Assembly (NCBI GenBank): GCA_963729575.1
Contig: CAVSOK010000020.1
Coordinates: 195,611-259,610, forward strand
Reading direction: 5' to 3'
DNA from: an uncultured Cytophagales bacterium
Lineage (GTDB): Bacteria; Bacteroidota; Bacteroidia; Cytophagales; Cyclobacteriaceae
Length of the DNA: 64,000 nt
The position numbers were made by a program, and so were the translations under genes. How positions within the stretch are numbered: the first letter of the stretch is position 1; every line of letters starts with the position of its first letter. This document shows positions 1-11,241 of this stretch, piece by piece. Below the pieces are notes generated by a model. That model worked only from the letters and a program-made list of their open reading frames with translations, was not told the origin of the DNA and did not search any database.

Positions 1-797
1 TTGCTTACGCCTTTCATAAGATCGCTCAGAAAAATCCTGATGCCAATTTAATTGTTTCTCCAGCCGATCATTTAATTGTTAAAGAAGATAAATTTGTGCA
101 GTTGGCCACCCAGGCGTTGGATATTGCCAGTAAAAACGATTATCTGATTACATTTGGCATCAACCCTACCCGGCCCGATACTGGCTATGGCTATATTGAG
201 TATGAGAAAGAAGCCACGGGTGGAGTACACAAAGTAGCTGCTTTCAAGGAGAAACCTGACTTGGCTACGGCAGAAGATTTTTTGAAGCAGGGAAACTTTG
301 TTTGGAACTCAGGTATCTTCGTTTGGAGCAGGGCGGCTATTCAAAAAAGTTATGAGCAAAACCTCGCCGAAGTAAATGACATCTTTGCTAAAGGGAGTGA
401 AGCATATTATACAGATCAGGAAGCTAATTTTGTTAAAGAGGCATATAATAACTGCATTAATATCTCAATTGATTACGGCATTTTGGAGAAAGCCGATAAC
501 GTCTACGTAATGCCCGCCGATATTGGCTGGACCGATTTAGGGACCTGGAAGTCAATTGATGGTGAGCAAGAGAAGGATAATTATGGGAATAGCTTATTGG
601 GCGAGGTGATGACCTACAACACTAAAAATTCATTTATTAAAGTACCAAAAGATAAAGTTGGAGTGGTGCAGGGGTTAGAAAACTATATAGTAGTAATGAC
701 CGACGATGCTCTGATGATTTGTAGCAAAGACGAAGAACAGATGGTAAAGAAGTTTCTCAACGATATTAAAGAAAAAGGTTTAACCGCATACGTATAG
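1..797 (+). CDS. manC: Mannose-1-phosphate guanylyltransferase, 5' part outside the window
   Basis: The frame is open from base 3 (…IVSPADHLI…). Motifs are [14 protein letters not shown], [20 protein letters not shown] and WTDLGTW. It lies directly upstream of gmd and fcl. Confidence 0.93.
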   Translation, partial: AYAFHKIAQKNPDANLIVSPADHLIVKEDKFVQLATQALDIASKNDYLITFGINPTRPDTGYGYIEYEKEATGGVHKVAAFKEKPDLATAEDFLKQGNFVWNSGIFVWSRAAIQKSYEQNLAEVNDIFAKGSEAYYTDQEANFVKEAYNNCINISIDYGILEKADNVYVMPADIGWTDLGTWKSIDGEQEKDNYGNSLLGEVMTYNTKNSFIKVPKDKVGVVQGLENYIVVMTDDALMICSKDEEQMVKKFLNDIKEKGLTAYV

Positions 798-801
798 AAT
801 T

Positions 802-1914
802 ATGAAAAAGGCACTTATTACTGGCGTAACCGGACAGGACGGCGCGTACCTTACCGAACTCCTGTTGGATAAAGGCTACGAAGTACACGGTATCAAACGG
901 CGTACTTCGCTATTTAATACCGATAGAATTGATCACTTATATCAAGACCCGCACGAGAAAGATCTTCGGTTAAAACTTCACTACGGGGATTTGACCGACT
1001 CTACTAACATCATTCGAATTGTACAGGAAGTGCAGCCCGATGAAATTTATAATCTGGGAGCGATGTCACACGTAAAAGTGAGCTTCGATACTCCCGAGTA
1101 TACGGCCAATGTAGATGGTTTAGGTACGCTTCGTATTCTGGAAGCAGTGCGTATTTTGGGACTAGAGAAAAAGACTAAGATTTATCAAGCCTCTACTTCT
1201 GAGCTTTACGGCTTAGTTCAGGAAGTGCCGCAGAGCGAAAAAACTCCGTTCTATCCCCGTTCGCCCTACGCTGTAGCTAAAATGTACGGCTACTGGATCA
1301 CCGTAAACTACCGCGAAGCTTACGATATGTACGCGGTAAACGGAATCCTTTTTAACCACGAATCTCCTTTGCGGGGCGAGACATTTGTAACTCGCAAAAT
1401 CACCCGAGCGGCAGCCCGAATTGCTTTGGGTTTACAGGATAGCTGCTACTTAGGAAATATGGACGCTAAGCGCGATTGGGGACATGCTAAGGACTATGTG
1501 CAAGCCATGTGGCTTATTCTCCAGCAGGAAGTGCCCGAAGACTATGTGATCGCTACCGGAATGACTACTACCGTGCGTGACTTCGTAAAAATGTCGTTCG
1601 CCGAACTGGGTATAGAACTGGCATTTGAGGGAATGGCTGAGAATGAAGTAGGTAAAGTAGTACGTTGCTCCAATCCTGATTACCAATTGCCGGAAGGTAA
1701 AGTAGTCGTTCAGGTAGATCCTACTTACTATCGTCCTACCGAAGTAGAACTACTGATTGGCGATCCAACTAAAGCGAAAGAACAATTGGGCTGGGAATTA
1801 GAATATGATCTGAAAGGCTTGGTAGAAGACATGATTCAAGCAGATGTTGAGCTGTTTAAGCGAGATAAATTCTTGCTGAAGGGTGGCCACAAAGTCTTCA
1901 ATTATCACGAGTAA
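802..1914 (+). CDS. gmd: GDP-mannose 4,6-dehydratase
   Basis: Motifs [47 protein letters not shown] and [10 protein letters not shown]. Confidence 0.98.
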   Translation: MKKALITGVTGQDGAYLTELLLDKGYEVHGIKRRTSLFNTDRIDHLYQDPHEKDLRLKLHYGDLTDSTNIIRIVQEVQPDEIYNLGAMSHVKVSFDTPEYTANVDGLGTLRILEAVRILGLEKKTKIYQASTSELYGLVQEVPQSEKTPFYPRSPYAVAKMYGYWITVNYREAYDMYAVNGILFNHESPLRGETFVTRKITRAAARIALGLQDSCYLGNMDAKRDWGHAKDYVQAMWLILQQEVPEDYVIATGMTTTVRDFVKMSFAELGIELAFEGMAENEVGKVVRCSNPDYQLPEGKVVVQVDPTYYRPTEVELLIGDPTKAKEQLGWELEYDLKGLVEDMIQADVELFKRDKFLLKGGHKVFNYHE

Positions 1915-2008
1915 TTTTAGTGAGCCTTGTAAACACCAGGGAAATTAGTATTGGTGCTTTTGATCTAATCACTGAAAAGTAACCTAACAAACCAACTAAC
2001 TTGTTATT

Positions 2009-2942
2009 GTGGAAAAAGAAGCTAAAATCTATATTGCCGGTCATCGCGGAATGGTCGGCTCCGCCATTATGCGGAACTTACAGAGCAAAGGCTACCAAAA
2101 CTTTGTTACCCGCCGTTCGGCCGAATCTGGATTTACGGAACCAGCAGGCAGTCGCTGATTTTTTTGCTCAGGAAAAACCAGATTACGTTTTTCTAGCAGC
2201 GGCTAAAGTGGGAGGAATTCATGCCAATAATACCTACCGGGGTGAATTTCTATACGATAATTTAATGATTCAGAATAATGTAATTCATCAGAGCTACGTG
2301 CAAGGTGTGAAGAAGCTACAATTTCTGGGTTCGTCCTGCATCTATCCTAAGATGGCCAATCAGCCGTTAAAAGAAGAATATTTACTAACCGGTACATTGG
2401 AATCTACGAATGAGCCGTACGCGATTGCTAAAATTGCCGGAATTAAGCTCTGTGAAAACTATCGGGCTCAGTACGGTTGCGACTTTATTTCTTCTATGCC
2501 TACCAACCTGTACGGCCCTAATGATAATTATGATCTTAACAACTCTCATGTATTACCCGCTCTGATTCGCAAGTTTCACGAAGCGAAAGAAAGCAACGCT
2601 GAGAATGTAGAGATTTGGGGAACAGGTAGTCCCAAGCGGGAGTTTTTGCACGTAGACGACTTAGCCGAAGCTTGCGTTTATTTAATGGAACACTATAGCG
2701 AACCTGAGTTAGTCAACATCGGTACCGGGGAAGATATTGCTATTAAAGACTTAGCACTACTCATTAAAGATATTGTTGGTTTTGAAGGTGAGTTAACGCA
2801 CGATACTTCCAAACCCGATGGCACTCCTCGCAAACTAATGGATGTGGGCAAACTTCATAGCTACGGTTGGAAGCACAAAATTGGACTACGCCAAGGCATC
2901 TCTTCAGTTTACCAGCAGTACCAGGAAGAAACAGCGGTTTAA
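2009..2942 (+). CDS. fcl: GDP-L-fucose synthase, with an apparent 1-nt insertion near 2126
   Basis: GTG at 2009 reads [20 protein letters not shown], the Rossmann motif, in a different frame from the body ([30 protein letters not shown]). Removing one T at about 2126 joins the two frames. Confidence 0.93.
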
Positions 2943-3005
2943 ATTCCGTGCAACATTAGATTATAGTTTTGTCGTATAAACGAATAAAATTTACCTACTA
3001 TAACT

Positions 3006-3188
3006 ATGGCAAAACTATCTTTATCCTATCATGATAAAATTATTGCGGGCGTTTGCGGTGGCTTGGCCAATCATTTCGGTTGGGATACTACAATGGTTCG
3101 GGTGATTTTCGCTATATCAGCTATTGTCGGCTTTGGCTCTCCCGGCTTAGTTTATTTGGTACTCTGGTTAGTGATGAAATATTCTTAA
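3006..3188 (+). CDS. PspC domain-containing small membrane protein
   Basis: DKIIAGVCGGLANHFG…VRVIF…YLVLWLVM matches the PspC signature. Confidence 0.88.
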   Translation: MAKLSLSYHDKIIAGVCGGLANHFGWDTTMVRVIFAISAIVGFGSPGLVYLVLWLVMKYS

Positions 3189-3429
3189 CAAGCTTTTAAG
3201 TGGATAAAATCGCTAATATCTGGGAGTTAAATTGTGCTGAACTGAAAGAAGTATTTACTACCAAGGACGACTTACGTATCAGTATTAGCTCTTCAGAATA
3301 AGAGAATCTACTAATTCATTGTATAACAACTGGCCATCCTGGTTGGGCTTATTTTGGCTATTCTCCGTGTGGCAGATTTGATATGACTGTTTTACTAATT
3401 TTAGGCTACATTAAATTGTAGTCTTATTT

Positions 3430-3461
3430 TTTGCGATAGTAAATACCGATCGGTATCTTTG
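3430..3461 (+). promoter_or_regulatory. Bacteroidota sigma-A promoter overlapped by a palindromic TetR operator
   Basis: TTTG (3430-3433), a 20-nt spacer, then TATCTTTG (3454-3461). The perfect palindrome ATACCGATCGGTAT at 3443-3456 overlaps the -7 element, just upstream of the TetR start. Confidence 0.8.
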
Positions 3462-3472
3462 TAATACGCATT

Positions 3473-4066
3473 ATGAGAAACCCCGAAGTCACCCGTAAGC
3501 TAATTATCAATGAATCACTTACTTTGTTTAATACCAAGGGGTATCAGGCAACTTCTCTATCTGATATTACAGAGGCTACGGGAATGACTAAAGGAGCAAT
3601 TTACTCCAACTTTAATAATAAGGAGGAGGTAGCAGTAGCAGCGTTTGATTATGCCGTAGAGATTATTTTAGGTAGAGTGCGAGAATGTATTCGCGGGGCA
3701 CCCACTGCTCCGCTAAAGCTTAAAGCAATTCTTCAATATTACGAGAAGTATGTGGATGACTCGCCAATTCCAGGGGGCTGTCCGGTATTAAACTCAGCAG
3801 TAGAGGCTGACGATAACAGTTCCCTATTGCGAACAAAGGTAGTTCGTTCTATCGCGAAAATCAAGGACTCTCTCCGGCAGATTGTGCACCGGGGCATCCT
3901 AGAAAAACAGTTGCAGAGAGATATAGATGTGGATGGATTTGTAATGCTCTACTACGGAGCCATTGAGGGATCAATTATGGTTTCTCGGGTAGAAGGTGAC
4001 AAAGATTCATTCGTTAGTATGAGTCATTTCTTAGTTAGTATCATTGATCAACACACACTACAGTAA
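3473..4066 (+). CDS. TetR/AcrR family transcriptional regulator
   Basis: N-terminal HTH (GYQATSLSDITEATGMTKGAIYSNF) and a C-terminal GCP motif. Confidence 0.93.
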   Translation: MRNPEVTRKLIINESLTLFNTKGYQATSLSDITEATGMTKGAIYSNFNNKEEVAVAAFDYAVEIILGRVRECIRGAPTAPLKLKAILQYYEKYVDDSPIPGGCPVLNSAVEADDNSSLLRTKVVRSIAKIKDSLRQIVHRGILEKQLQRDIDVDGFVMLYYGAIEGSIMVSRVEGDKDSFVSMSHFLVSIIDQHTLQ

Positions 4067-4068
4067 AA

Positions 4069-4078
4069 ACCGATCGGT
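4069..4078. promoter_or_regulatory. Second copy of the TetR operator core
   Basis: The palindrome ACCGATCGGT(AT) sits in the 18-nt gap between the TetR stop and the hydrolase ATG. Its core is identical to that at 3445-3454. Confidence 0.7.
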
Positions 4079-4084
4079 ATATTC

Positions 4085-5047
4085 ATGAAAGAATCTATTA
4101 TCATTAATGGTGACGGGAAGAATACCAAACGCCCCGCTTCTCACCCACGAAAATCGAACTGGAAGTTAGCTGTGTTAAAGAAGAGCTTACCGGTGTTGCA
4201 GCATATCGCTCCCGGTAAAGTAGCTCAAGTTATCTGGCACTACTTCGTTCGTCCGGGGAAGGCTCGCTTTTCACAAGCCCAGTTAGGTCTGATTGAAAAA
4301 GCTACTGTAGAGACGACAACTTACCAAAGCTATAAAATTGCTACTTATCGTTGGGGCACTACAGGGCCGAAAGTATTACTTTGCCACGGCTGGCGGTCGA
4401 AGGTTGCTGATTTTCGGCGAATGATTGAAGCACTGGTTGAACGGGGTTACGTAGTAGAAGGTATTGATATGAAAGCCCACGGTAACTCTGAGGGTGAGGC
4501 TACTGCTTTACCTGAATTCGTTGAAATCTTTAAAGACCACTATGTTAAGAATGCCCCCTATCACACGGTAATTGGCTATTCGCTAGGTGGCTTAACTGCC
4601 GGGATGGTGATGACCGAGATCACTCCCAATCTGCATCCTACTCACTTAGTTCTTATAGCATTTCCGCCTTATGTGCGATACTTCTTCCATGATATTATTG
4701 AGCAGGCCGGGTGCAACGAATCGATTTATCAGCGTTTTTGCGACTTTGTAGAAAAGCACTATCACCAATCAGTAGACCATTTTGATCTGCGGGAAAAACT
4801 CAACAAGATTACCAATAGCAGTATCCATCTAATTTACGACGAAGACGACCAAACAGTACCTATTACCAAGGGCGAAGAATTGTGGTCAGTCACCCCCCAC
4901 GCTACTTTCGTGCGTACTCAGAAGATGGGACACTATCAGATTATAGCCAATAAGAAGGTAATTGGCTATATTACCCAAGCGATTAGTCAAGCAGAGAAGG
5001 TTACTGGAAACTATACGGCAACCCCTGCCAATGAGCGGACTTCTTGA
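4085..5047 (+). CDS. Alpha/beta-fold hydrolase
   Basis: HGW oxyanion motif, GYSLG nucleophile elbow, and DxxD plus GH acid and histidine positions. Confidence 0.88.
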   Translation: MKESIIINGDGKNTKRPASHPRKSNWKLAVLKKSLPVLQHIAPGKVAQVIWHYFVRPGKARFSQAQLGLIEKATVETTTYQSYKIATYRWGTTGPKVLLCHGWRSKVADFRRMIEALVERGYVVEGIDMKAHGNSEGEATALPEFVEIFKDHYVKNAPYHTVIGYSLGGLTAGMVMTEITPNLHPTHLVLIAFPPYVRYFFHDIIEQAGCNESIYQRFCDFVEKHYHQSVDHFDLREKLNKITNSSIHLIYDEDDQTVPITKGEELWSVTPHATFVRTQKMGHYQIIANKKVIGYITQAISQAEKVTGNYTATPANERTS

Positions 5048-6921
5048 GCAATACTAGCTGGGTCGTAACCACACTCAGTATGTAGCTGTATTTGCTCACC
5101 GTGCTCAATAACCTGATCAGGCATACCTAATCGTTTTACCGAGGCGGTGTAGCCCTGATCTACCATAAATTCTAAAACGGCACTACCGAAGCCACCGGGC
5201 AAGCACCCATCTTCTACGGTAATCACTCGCTGAAACTTAGAAAATACTTCGTGTAGCAGCGCCTCGTCCAACGGTTTTACGAAGCGAAGATCGTAATGAG
5301 CTGGATGTAAGTCTTCTTGCGCAAGAACTTCACAGGCTTCTACCGCGTAGTTTCCAATGTGGCCAATGGTAAGTATCGCTACTTCTTCACCATCTTGCAC
5401 GCATCGCCCAGTGCCTACCGGAATTTCTTCCATTGGAGTGCGCCAACTCAACATCACTCCTTGTCCTCGTGGATAGCGAATAGAAAATGCCCCTTCCTTA
5501 TATTCAGAAGCAGTGTACATCAGATTCCGTAGCTCAGCTTCGTTCATGGGAGCTGAAACCACAATATTGGGTAAACACCGCATATAAGCCAGGTCGTAAG
5601 CACCGTGGTGAGTTGGACCATCAGCACCAGCAATTCCGGCTCGATCCAGACAGAAAATTACCGGAAGTTTTTGGATGCACACATCGTGCACTACTTGGTC
5701 GTAGGCTCGCTGCATGAAAGTGCTGTAAATATTGCAGAAGGGCGTTAGTCCCTGCGTAGCAAGCCCAGCAGAAAAAGTTACCGCGTGTTGTTCGGCGATC
5801 CCCACATCAAACGCCCGGTCGGGCATCTCCTTCATCATAATATTCATGGAAGAACCCGACGGCATTGCCGGAGTGATTCCCACGATTTTCTCGTTTTGCT
5901 TAGCCAGCTCCACAATGGTTTCACCAAACACGTGCTGATACTTGGGAGGCTGAGGTGTATCGTATACTTTCTTGCGAATCTCGCCAGTTACTTTATCAAA
6001 CTTACCAGGAGCATGCCACTTAGTTTGATCTTTTTCAGCTTGTAAGTAGCCTTTGCCCTTAACGGTAACACAGTGTAAAATCTTCGGGCCCGGAATCTTC
6101 TTCAAATCCTCCATCACGCTCACCAGATGGTTTACGTCGTGCCCATCTACCGGCCCAAAGTAGCGTAGGTTGAGCGATTCAAACAGATTACTCTGCTTTA
6201 GTAAAAACGATTTAATGCTATTTTCTACCTTAGAGACAATATCTTGAGCATTGGTTCCGAACTTACTTACTTTCCCCAGCAGCTTCCAAACGTCGTCGCG
6301 GACTTTATTGTAGGTTTGAGAGGTGGTAATATCAGTAAGGTAATCTTTCAGTGCGCCCACATTAGGATCAATTGACATGCAATTATCATTTAAGATAATT
6401 AGCAAGTTCGTATCAGAAACACCCGCGTGGTTCATCGCTTCAAAAGCCATTCCTCCGGTCATGGCCCCATCGCCAATTACCGCAATATGCTGACGTTTAT
6501 CATCCCCCTGATACTTAGAAGCCATCGCCATTCCCAGTGCAGCGGAAATAGAGGTAGAAGAGTGCCCTACGCCAAATGTATCGTATTCGCTTTCGCTACG
6601 TTTAGGAAAGCCCGAAAGTCCGTTGTACAATCGATTGGTATGAAAGTTATCTCGCCGTCCGGTAAGAATTTTGTGACCGTAGGCCTGATGGCCAACATCC
6701 CAAACAAGCTGGTCGTAAGGAGTATTAAATACAGTATGAAGAGCTACCGTAAGCTCAATTACTCCTAAGCTAGCACCGAAGTGCCCACCATAGACCGATA
6801 CATTATCAACAATAAACTGGCGTAGTTCAGTAGCAAGTTGTACCCGTTGTTCGGCAGTTAAATGTTCGAGGTCAGTAGGGCTATTAACAGTAGATAACAA
6901 GTTGCCGGGTTTAATCAGCAT
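5011..6921 (-). CDS. dxs: 1-deoxy-D-xylulose-5-phosphate synthase
   Basis: Motifs GGHFGASLG, WDVGHQAY, GDGAMTGG…ILNDN (TPP binding), DVGIAEQH and DGPTH. The likely start is the ATG at 6921. Confidence 0.98.
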   Translation of the reverse strand: MLIKPGNLLSTVNSPTDLEHLTAEQRVQLATELRQFIVDNVSVYGGHFGASLGVIELTVALHTVFNTPYDQLVWDVGHQAYGHKILTGRRDNFHTNRLYNGLSGFPKRSESEYDTFGVGHSSTSISAALGMAMASKYQGDDKRQHIAVIGDGAMTGGMAFEAMNHAGVSDTNLLIILNDNCMSIDPNVGALKDYLTDITTSQTYNKVRDDVWKLLGKVSKFGTNAQDIVSKVENSIKSFLLKQSNLFESLNLRYFGPVDGHDVNHLVSVMEDLKKIPGPKILHCVTVKGKGYLQAEKDQTKWHAPGKFDKVTGEIRKKVYDTPQPPKYQHVFGETIVELAKQNEKIVGITPAMPSGSSMNIMMKEMPDRAFDVGIAEQHAVTFSAGLATQGLTPFCNIYSTFMQRAYDQVVHDVCIQKLPVIFCLDRAGIAGADGPTHHGAYDLAYMRCLPNIVVSAPMNEAELRNLMYTASEYKEGAFSIRYPRGQGVMLSWRTPMEEIPVGTGRCVQDGEEVAILTIGHIGNYAVEACEVLAQEDLHPAHYDLRFVKPLDEALLHEVFSKFQRVITVEDGCLPGGFGSAVLEFMVDQGYTASVKRLGMPDQVIEHGEQIQLHTECGYDPASIAQEVRSLAGVAV

Positions 6922-7141
6922 AGATGGTGAGTGATTTAATGATACGGTAAGAAAACTACCATTCAATTTAATTGTTTATGCGGTTAGGTTAGCTGTAATT
7001 AATTGTACGAAGATGCAAAAGAACAGTTTTTTCACCAAACAGGCAGCGAATTAGCCTGATTATATCATAAATTTGCGTTAAGTAGCTGAATAGTTCTTTG
7101 GTTGCAACACGATTTACCCAATTTGATAACGTAACGATACT

Positions 7142-7894
7142 GTGAGTTTTGAAATTAAGTTGCCCCTATTTGAAGGCCCTTTTGATCTGCTATTATTTTT
7201 TATTGAGCGCGATGAGTTAGATATCCATGATATTCCGATCTCTACCATTACTAATGACTTTTTGCATTATTTACATGAGCTAGATCAAATGAACATTGAG
7301 GTAGCTAGTGAGTTTATACTAGTAGCCGCCACGCTGATGCGGATTAAAGCTAAGATGTTGCTGCCTCGTCCCGTGTTGAACGAAGAAGGCGAAGAAATAG
7401 ATCCGCGCGATGAGCTAGTGAAGCATTTGCTAGAGTACAAAAAGTACAAATCAGTGGTGCAGGAGCTGGCAGCGATGGAGGAAGAACGAATGCAGCAATA
7501 CGAGCGAGGAAATGTAATATACGAGTTGCAATCGTTAGCAAAGGAGCAGCAGGTAGAAACTGAATTACAGCACGTAGATTTATACAAACTGCTGAAGGTT
7601 TATGAGAAAGTATGGATCCGGTTTGCCGAAGAGAAGAAAGATAACTCGCACCGCGTGGTGCAGTATCCTTACACGGTAGATGGACAAAAGGGGTTTCTTC
7701 TACAGTTACTGAGTGAACAACCTAGCGATGTCTCCTTCATTACGATTATTGAACATAACCCAAGTAAAATTGCAGTAATTTTTAATTTTTTAGCCATTTT
7801 GGAGCTATTGCAAATCAGTGAAATAACCATTAAGATTGGCGAGGGCTACAATAATTTTTGGATATACCGAACGGAAGATGCGGCGCAGGCATGA
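7142..7894 (+). CDS. scpA: Segregation and condensation protein A (SMC kleisin)
   Basis: Motifs FEGPFDLLLFFI, ATLMRIKAKMLLP, DPRDELV and the C-terminal FLAILEL. Confidence 0.93.
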   Translation: MSFEIKLPLFEGPFDLLLFFIERDELDIHDIPISTITNDFLHYLHELDQMNIEVASEFILVAATLMRIKAKMLLPRPVLNEEGEEIDPRDELVKHLLEYKKYKSVVQELAAMEEERMQQYERGNVIYELQSLAKEQQVETELQHVDLYKLLKVYEKVWIRFAEEKKDNSHRVVQYPYTVDGQKGFLLQLLSEQPSDVSFITIIEHNPSKIAVIFNFLAILELLQISEITIKIGEGYNNFWIYRTEDAAQA

Positions 7895-8980
7895 ATATTA
7901 ATTCCAAAGAAATTCTTAAAACGCTTAATCCCAATCGAATTTGGGTTCCGGTATTAATCGGACTCGGGATCGTGGTGTTTCTATTCGTCAGTGATCCTGA
8001 CTTTACTGCCGATAAACTCAGTTTGGTTTTTGATGCCGAGCTTTGGCCATTATTCCTAGCACTCCTGGTTATTTTGATTCGCGACACTGGCTATGTTTAT
8101 CGAATTAAAGTACTAACCAACCACGACCTTACCTGGGAGAGTAGTATCTACGTTATTATTCTGTGGGAGTTTGCTTCGGCAGTTACTCCCTCGGTGGTAG
8201 GCGGAACTACTATTGTGGTGTTTGTGCTCATGAAAGAGGGCATTAAGTTCGGTCGCGCATTAGCCTACGTAATGCTAACCGCCATTCTGGATAATCTCTT
8301 TTTCTTAACAATGTCGCCCTTAGCATTATTGTACTCTAAAGAGGAGCTTTTCCCCGACTCACAAGATATGCAGGTGCAGTTGGGTAACAGTTTGCAGGTG
8401 CTTTTCTGGATTAGCTACTGCCTTATTGCGGTGTACACCTCTATTATGGCCTACGCCCTGCTGATTCATCCCCGAGGGTTTAAATGGTTTCTACTTAAAA
8501 TTGGCAATCTCCCTTTCATCCGGCGGTGGCAGCATCATCTGAACAACCACGGCGATGAAGTAATTTTGGCTTCAAAGCAGCTACGAGGCAAGAAAGCAAG
8601 GTACTGGGTTACCGTTCTGCTATTTACCTTTCTGATTTGGATAGCCCGCTACGCGGTGCTCAACTGCTTAGTAACGGCTTTTGCCGAAGTAAGCTGGAGC
8701 GAACATTTACTCATCTTCTGCCGCCACCTCATGATGTGGATTGTGATGCTAGTTTCGCCTACGCCGGGCAGCAGCGGTACGGCCGAGTTTTTCTTCAACC
8801 AGTTCTTCTACGAATTCTTAGGCGATTACACCATCGTTACCAATATTCTGTGGCGGATGCTCACCTACTACCCGTATCTTTTGCTCGGAGCAATTTTTCT
8901 TCCCCAGATGGATAAAAAGAGTGTTCTTTGATAAAAAGGAAGAGAAGAACCAAGAACAGTCAGTAGAGATGCAGAAATGA
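7891..8980 (+). CDS. Lysylphosphatidylglycerol-synthase TM (flippase-like, YbhN/UPF0104) membrane protein
   Basis: Multi-TM protein with SAVTPSVVGG, PTPGSSGTAE and LWRMLTYY. Its ATG overlaps the scpA stop. An extra C in the C4 run near 8902-8905 probably shifts the C-terminus; the alternative frame reads LPRWIKRVFF… to TGA at 8980. Confidence 0.82.
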
Positions 8981-9076
8981 TAGGCTACGTCCCGCATTCT
9001 GATGAGAACATTTCTATTTCTTGAACCGTAAAACTTTATAGATCGGCACTTTTTTTATCTATAAACGAATATAGCT

Positions 9077-9547
9077 ATGGTTCAATTAAGGAGTTTCTTC
9101 GCGATTTGCATTGTTGCTATTGCTTTGGGGAGTGTATCCTGCACACTAAAGCCGGTAGCTTCCGAACGCTATTTAGTCAAGAACAATCTACAAGCTGCCC
9201 ATATAGATAGTCTAGGCGACGGGAAAGTGCTAATTTACAATGGTGCTGATCCTCTTTTACTCGGCAACGACGATCGGATGAATATTTGGGTTAACGGTCA
9301 GCCCCTAGGTCAGCTACGGTCCCGAGAATATACTGTTGTTGATGTTGGGATGGGCGACCGTGAATTTAATCTGGCCCGCAGAAGTATGTTTCTCATAAAG
9401 AGTAGTCATACGATTAAGATTAACCCTGGTACCAAAGTACTTAGAGTTGACCCTATTTTCATAACAAGTACGATGACTCAGACAAACAAGTTACCCTCGT
9501 GGTTGGAGAAGTACGCCTACGTAAAAAGTCCAGAGATGTCCGATTGA
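9077..9547 (+). CDS. Hypothetical lipoprotein (DUF2846-like)
   Basis: Hydrophobic leader ending VSC, and a beta-rich IWVNGQPLGQL motif. Confidence 0.6.
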   Translation: MVQLRSFFAICIVAIALGSVSCTLKPVASERYLVKNNLQAAHIDSLGDGKVLIYNGADPLLLGNDDRMNIWVNGQPLGQLRSREYTVVDVGMGDREFNLARRSMFLIKSSHTIKINPGTKVLRVDPIFITSTMTQTNKLPSWLEKYAYVKSPEMSD

Positions 9548-9595
9548 CAGTATTTAACCGCTTCGCTTGCAGTAGATATTTTCACAAAGTTAAAC

Positions 9596-9635
9596 ATCCG
9601 AAGTCTCTTTCCTCAAAGGTAAAAGACCTTCGGAT
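9596..9635. terminator. Hairpin between convergent genes, a probable terminator
   Basis: Inverted repeat ATCCGAAG…CTTCGGAT with an imperfect inner stem. Confidence 0.55.
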
Positions 9636-9655
9636 ACTTTTGGCGACAGAATAGA

Positions 9656-10075
9656 CTACGAACGTTCTATCTCCGCGAAGAAAAAGCTACCTTCTTGCTG
9701 GGCGGTTTCGTCGGCATCGGAACCGTGTACGGCGTTGGCCTCAATCAACTTAGCGTATAATTTGCGAATGGTTCCTTCTTCCGCCTCCGCTGGATTGGTG
9801 GCTCCGATCAGTTTACGAAAATCGGCTACCGCATTATCTTTTTCTAAGATCAGGGCTACAATAGGGCCGGACGACATGTAGTCAGTCAGGTCGTTATAGA
9901 ATGGGCGCTCCTTATGGACTTCGTAGAATTTGCCAGCAGTCTGCTTGCCAAGCTGAGTTTTTTTCATCGCTACAATGCGAAAACCCGCTTCCTCCATCAT
10001 CTTTAAAATTGCGCCAATATTACCTTCCGACACTGCGTCGGGCTTAATCATAGAAAAGGTTCTGTTTCCTGCCAT
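9656..10075 (-). CDS. ndk: Nucleoside diphosphate kinase
   Basis: Motifs [20 protein letters not shown] and NAVHGSD. An upstream -7 element TAGCTTTG lies at 10117-10124 on the minus strand. Confidence 0.98.
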   Translation of the reverse strand: MAGNRTFSMIKPDAVSEGNIGAILKMMEEAGFRIVAMKKTQLGKQTAGKFYEVHKERPFYNDLTDYMSSGPIVALILEKDNAVADFRKLIGATNPAEAEEGTIRKLYAKLIEANAVHGSDADETAQQEGSFFFAEIERS

Positions 10076-10166
10076 GTTTGTTAATTTATACTAACTTGCT
10101 GATTACAAATTTCCCGCAAAGCTAACAGTTTATCCGCATCTTCCCGAATTTTTATACCATTAGATT

Positions 10167-11240
10167 ATGCACCGTCGCCAGTTCTTTCGTAATGCTACTG
10201 CTGCCTCATTTACCGGGCTACTAATGCCATCATTGAAGATAATCGCTCCGCCTAATCCTATAAAACCTAATAGATTGAAAGCCGGTGATACTATCGGACT
10301 AATCACGCCTTCCCGCTACCTGACTGAAGAAAAGCTGCGCGAATCGGTAGAGAATTTAGCGAAGCTCGGTTTTCGAGTGAAGTACACTGAAAATATGCTA
10401 GTAAAGAAGGGATACTTAGGCGGCACCGATCGGCAGCGAGCCGATGACATTAACCAGATGTTTGCCGATGAAGATGTAGCCGGAATTATGTGCGCCGCCG
10501 GAGGTTACGGTACCACTCGCCTACTTCCTTATTTAGACTACGACTTAATTCGCAATAACCCCAAAGTTCTCATTGGCTACAGCGATATTACTGGGTTACT
10601 CTACGGTTTACATAGCCAGACGGGATTGATTTGCTTTCATGGACCGATGAGCACTTCGGATTACAATGATTACACCCGCGAATATTTTCAAAAAATACTA
10701 TTGGAACCAAGTAGTTCGCTCACCTACCAAAATCCGGAAAATATTAGCGAGAAAGAATTGGTGCCACTCTATCTGCAAGACAAAGCGGATACTACTATTT
10801 CTACTGCCGAGCTAATTACCCTTGCTCCAGGAGAAGCCGAAGGAAGTTTGGTGGGCGGTAACCTTACGCTAGTTAGCTCCATGTGCGGTACGCCTTATGA
10901 TATTGACATGCGCGATAAGATTGTGTTTCTAGAAGATGTAGGTGAAGCTCCCTACCGCATCGACCGAATGCTCACTCAACTACTACTTGATCCTGAAAAG
11001 CTTCCCGCGGCCAAAGGTATCGTTCTTGGTTTGTTCACCGATTGTGAAACTGATGATGAAGATAAGTCTTTCTCGCTGGCCCACGTACTTTATGACCGTC
11101 TGGCTTCCCTCGGCATCCCGGTACTCTACGGACTAATGTTCGGTCACATTAAACGTAACGCTACTATTCCATTCGGTGCTCAAGCTCGGTTAGATGCCAG
11201 TGAAAAGAAGCTAATGCTTTTAGAAAAAGCAGTGGTTTAA
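10167..11240 (+). CDS. LD-carboxypeptidase (peptidase S66) with a Tat-like signal
   Basis: Twin-arginine leader MHRRQFF, and motifs GGYG, IGYSDIT, GGNL, FLEDVGE and FGH. Confidence 0.92.
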   Translation: MHRRQFFRNATAASFTGLLMPSLKIIAPPNPIKPNRLKAGDTIGLITPSRYLTEEKLRESVENLAKLGFRVKYTENMLVKKGYLGGTDRQRADDINQMFADEDVAGIMCAAGGYGTTRLLPYLDYDLIRNNPKVLIGYSDITGLLYGLHSQTGLICFHGPMSTSDYNDYTREYFQKILLEPSSSLTYQNPENISEKELVPLYLQDKADTTISTAELITLAPGEAEGSLVGGNLTLVSSMCGTPYDIDMRDKIVFLEDVGEAPYRIDRMLTQLLLDPEKLPAAKGIVLGLFTDCETDDEDKSFSLAHVLYDRLASLGIPVLYGLMFGHIKRNATIPFGAQARLDASEKKLMLLEKAVV

Positions 11241-11241
11241 G

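Noticed and set aside
3200-3421. Possible small ORF or gene remnant between pspC and tetR
   Set aside because: The frame is interrupted by a TAA at about 3299 and shows no recognisable motif, so I cannot support it.
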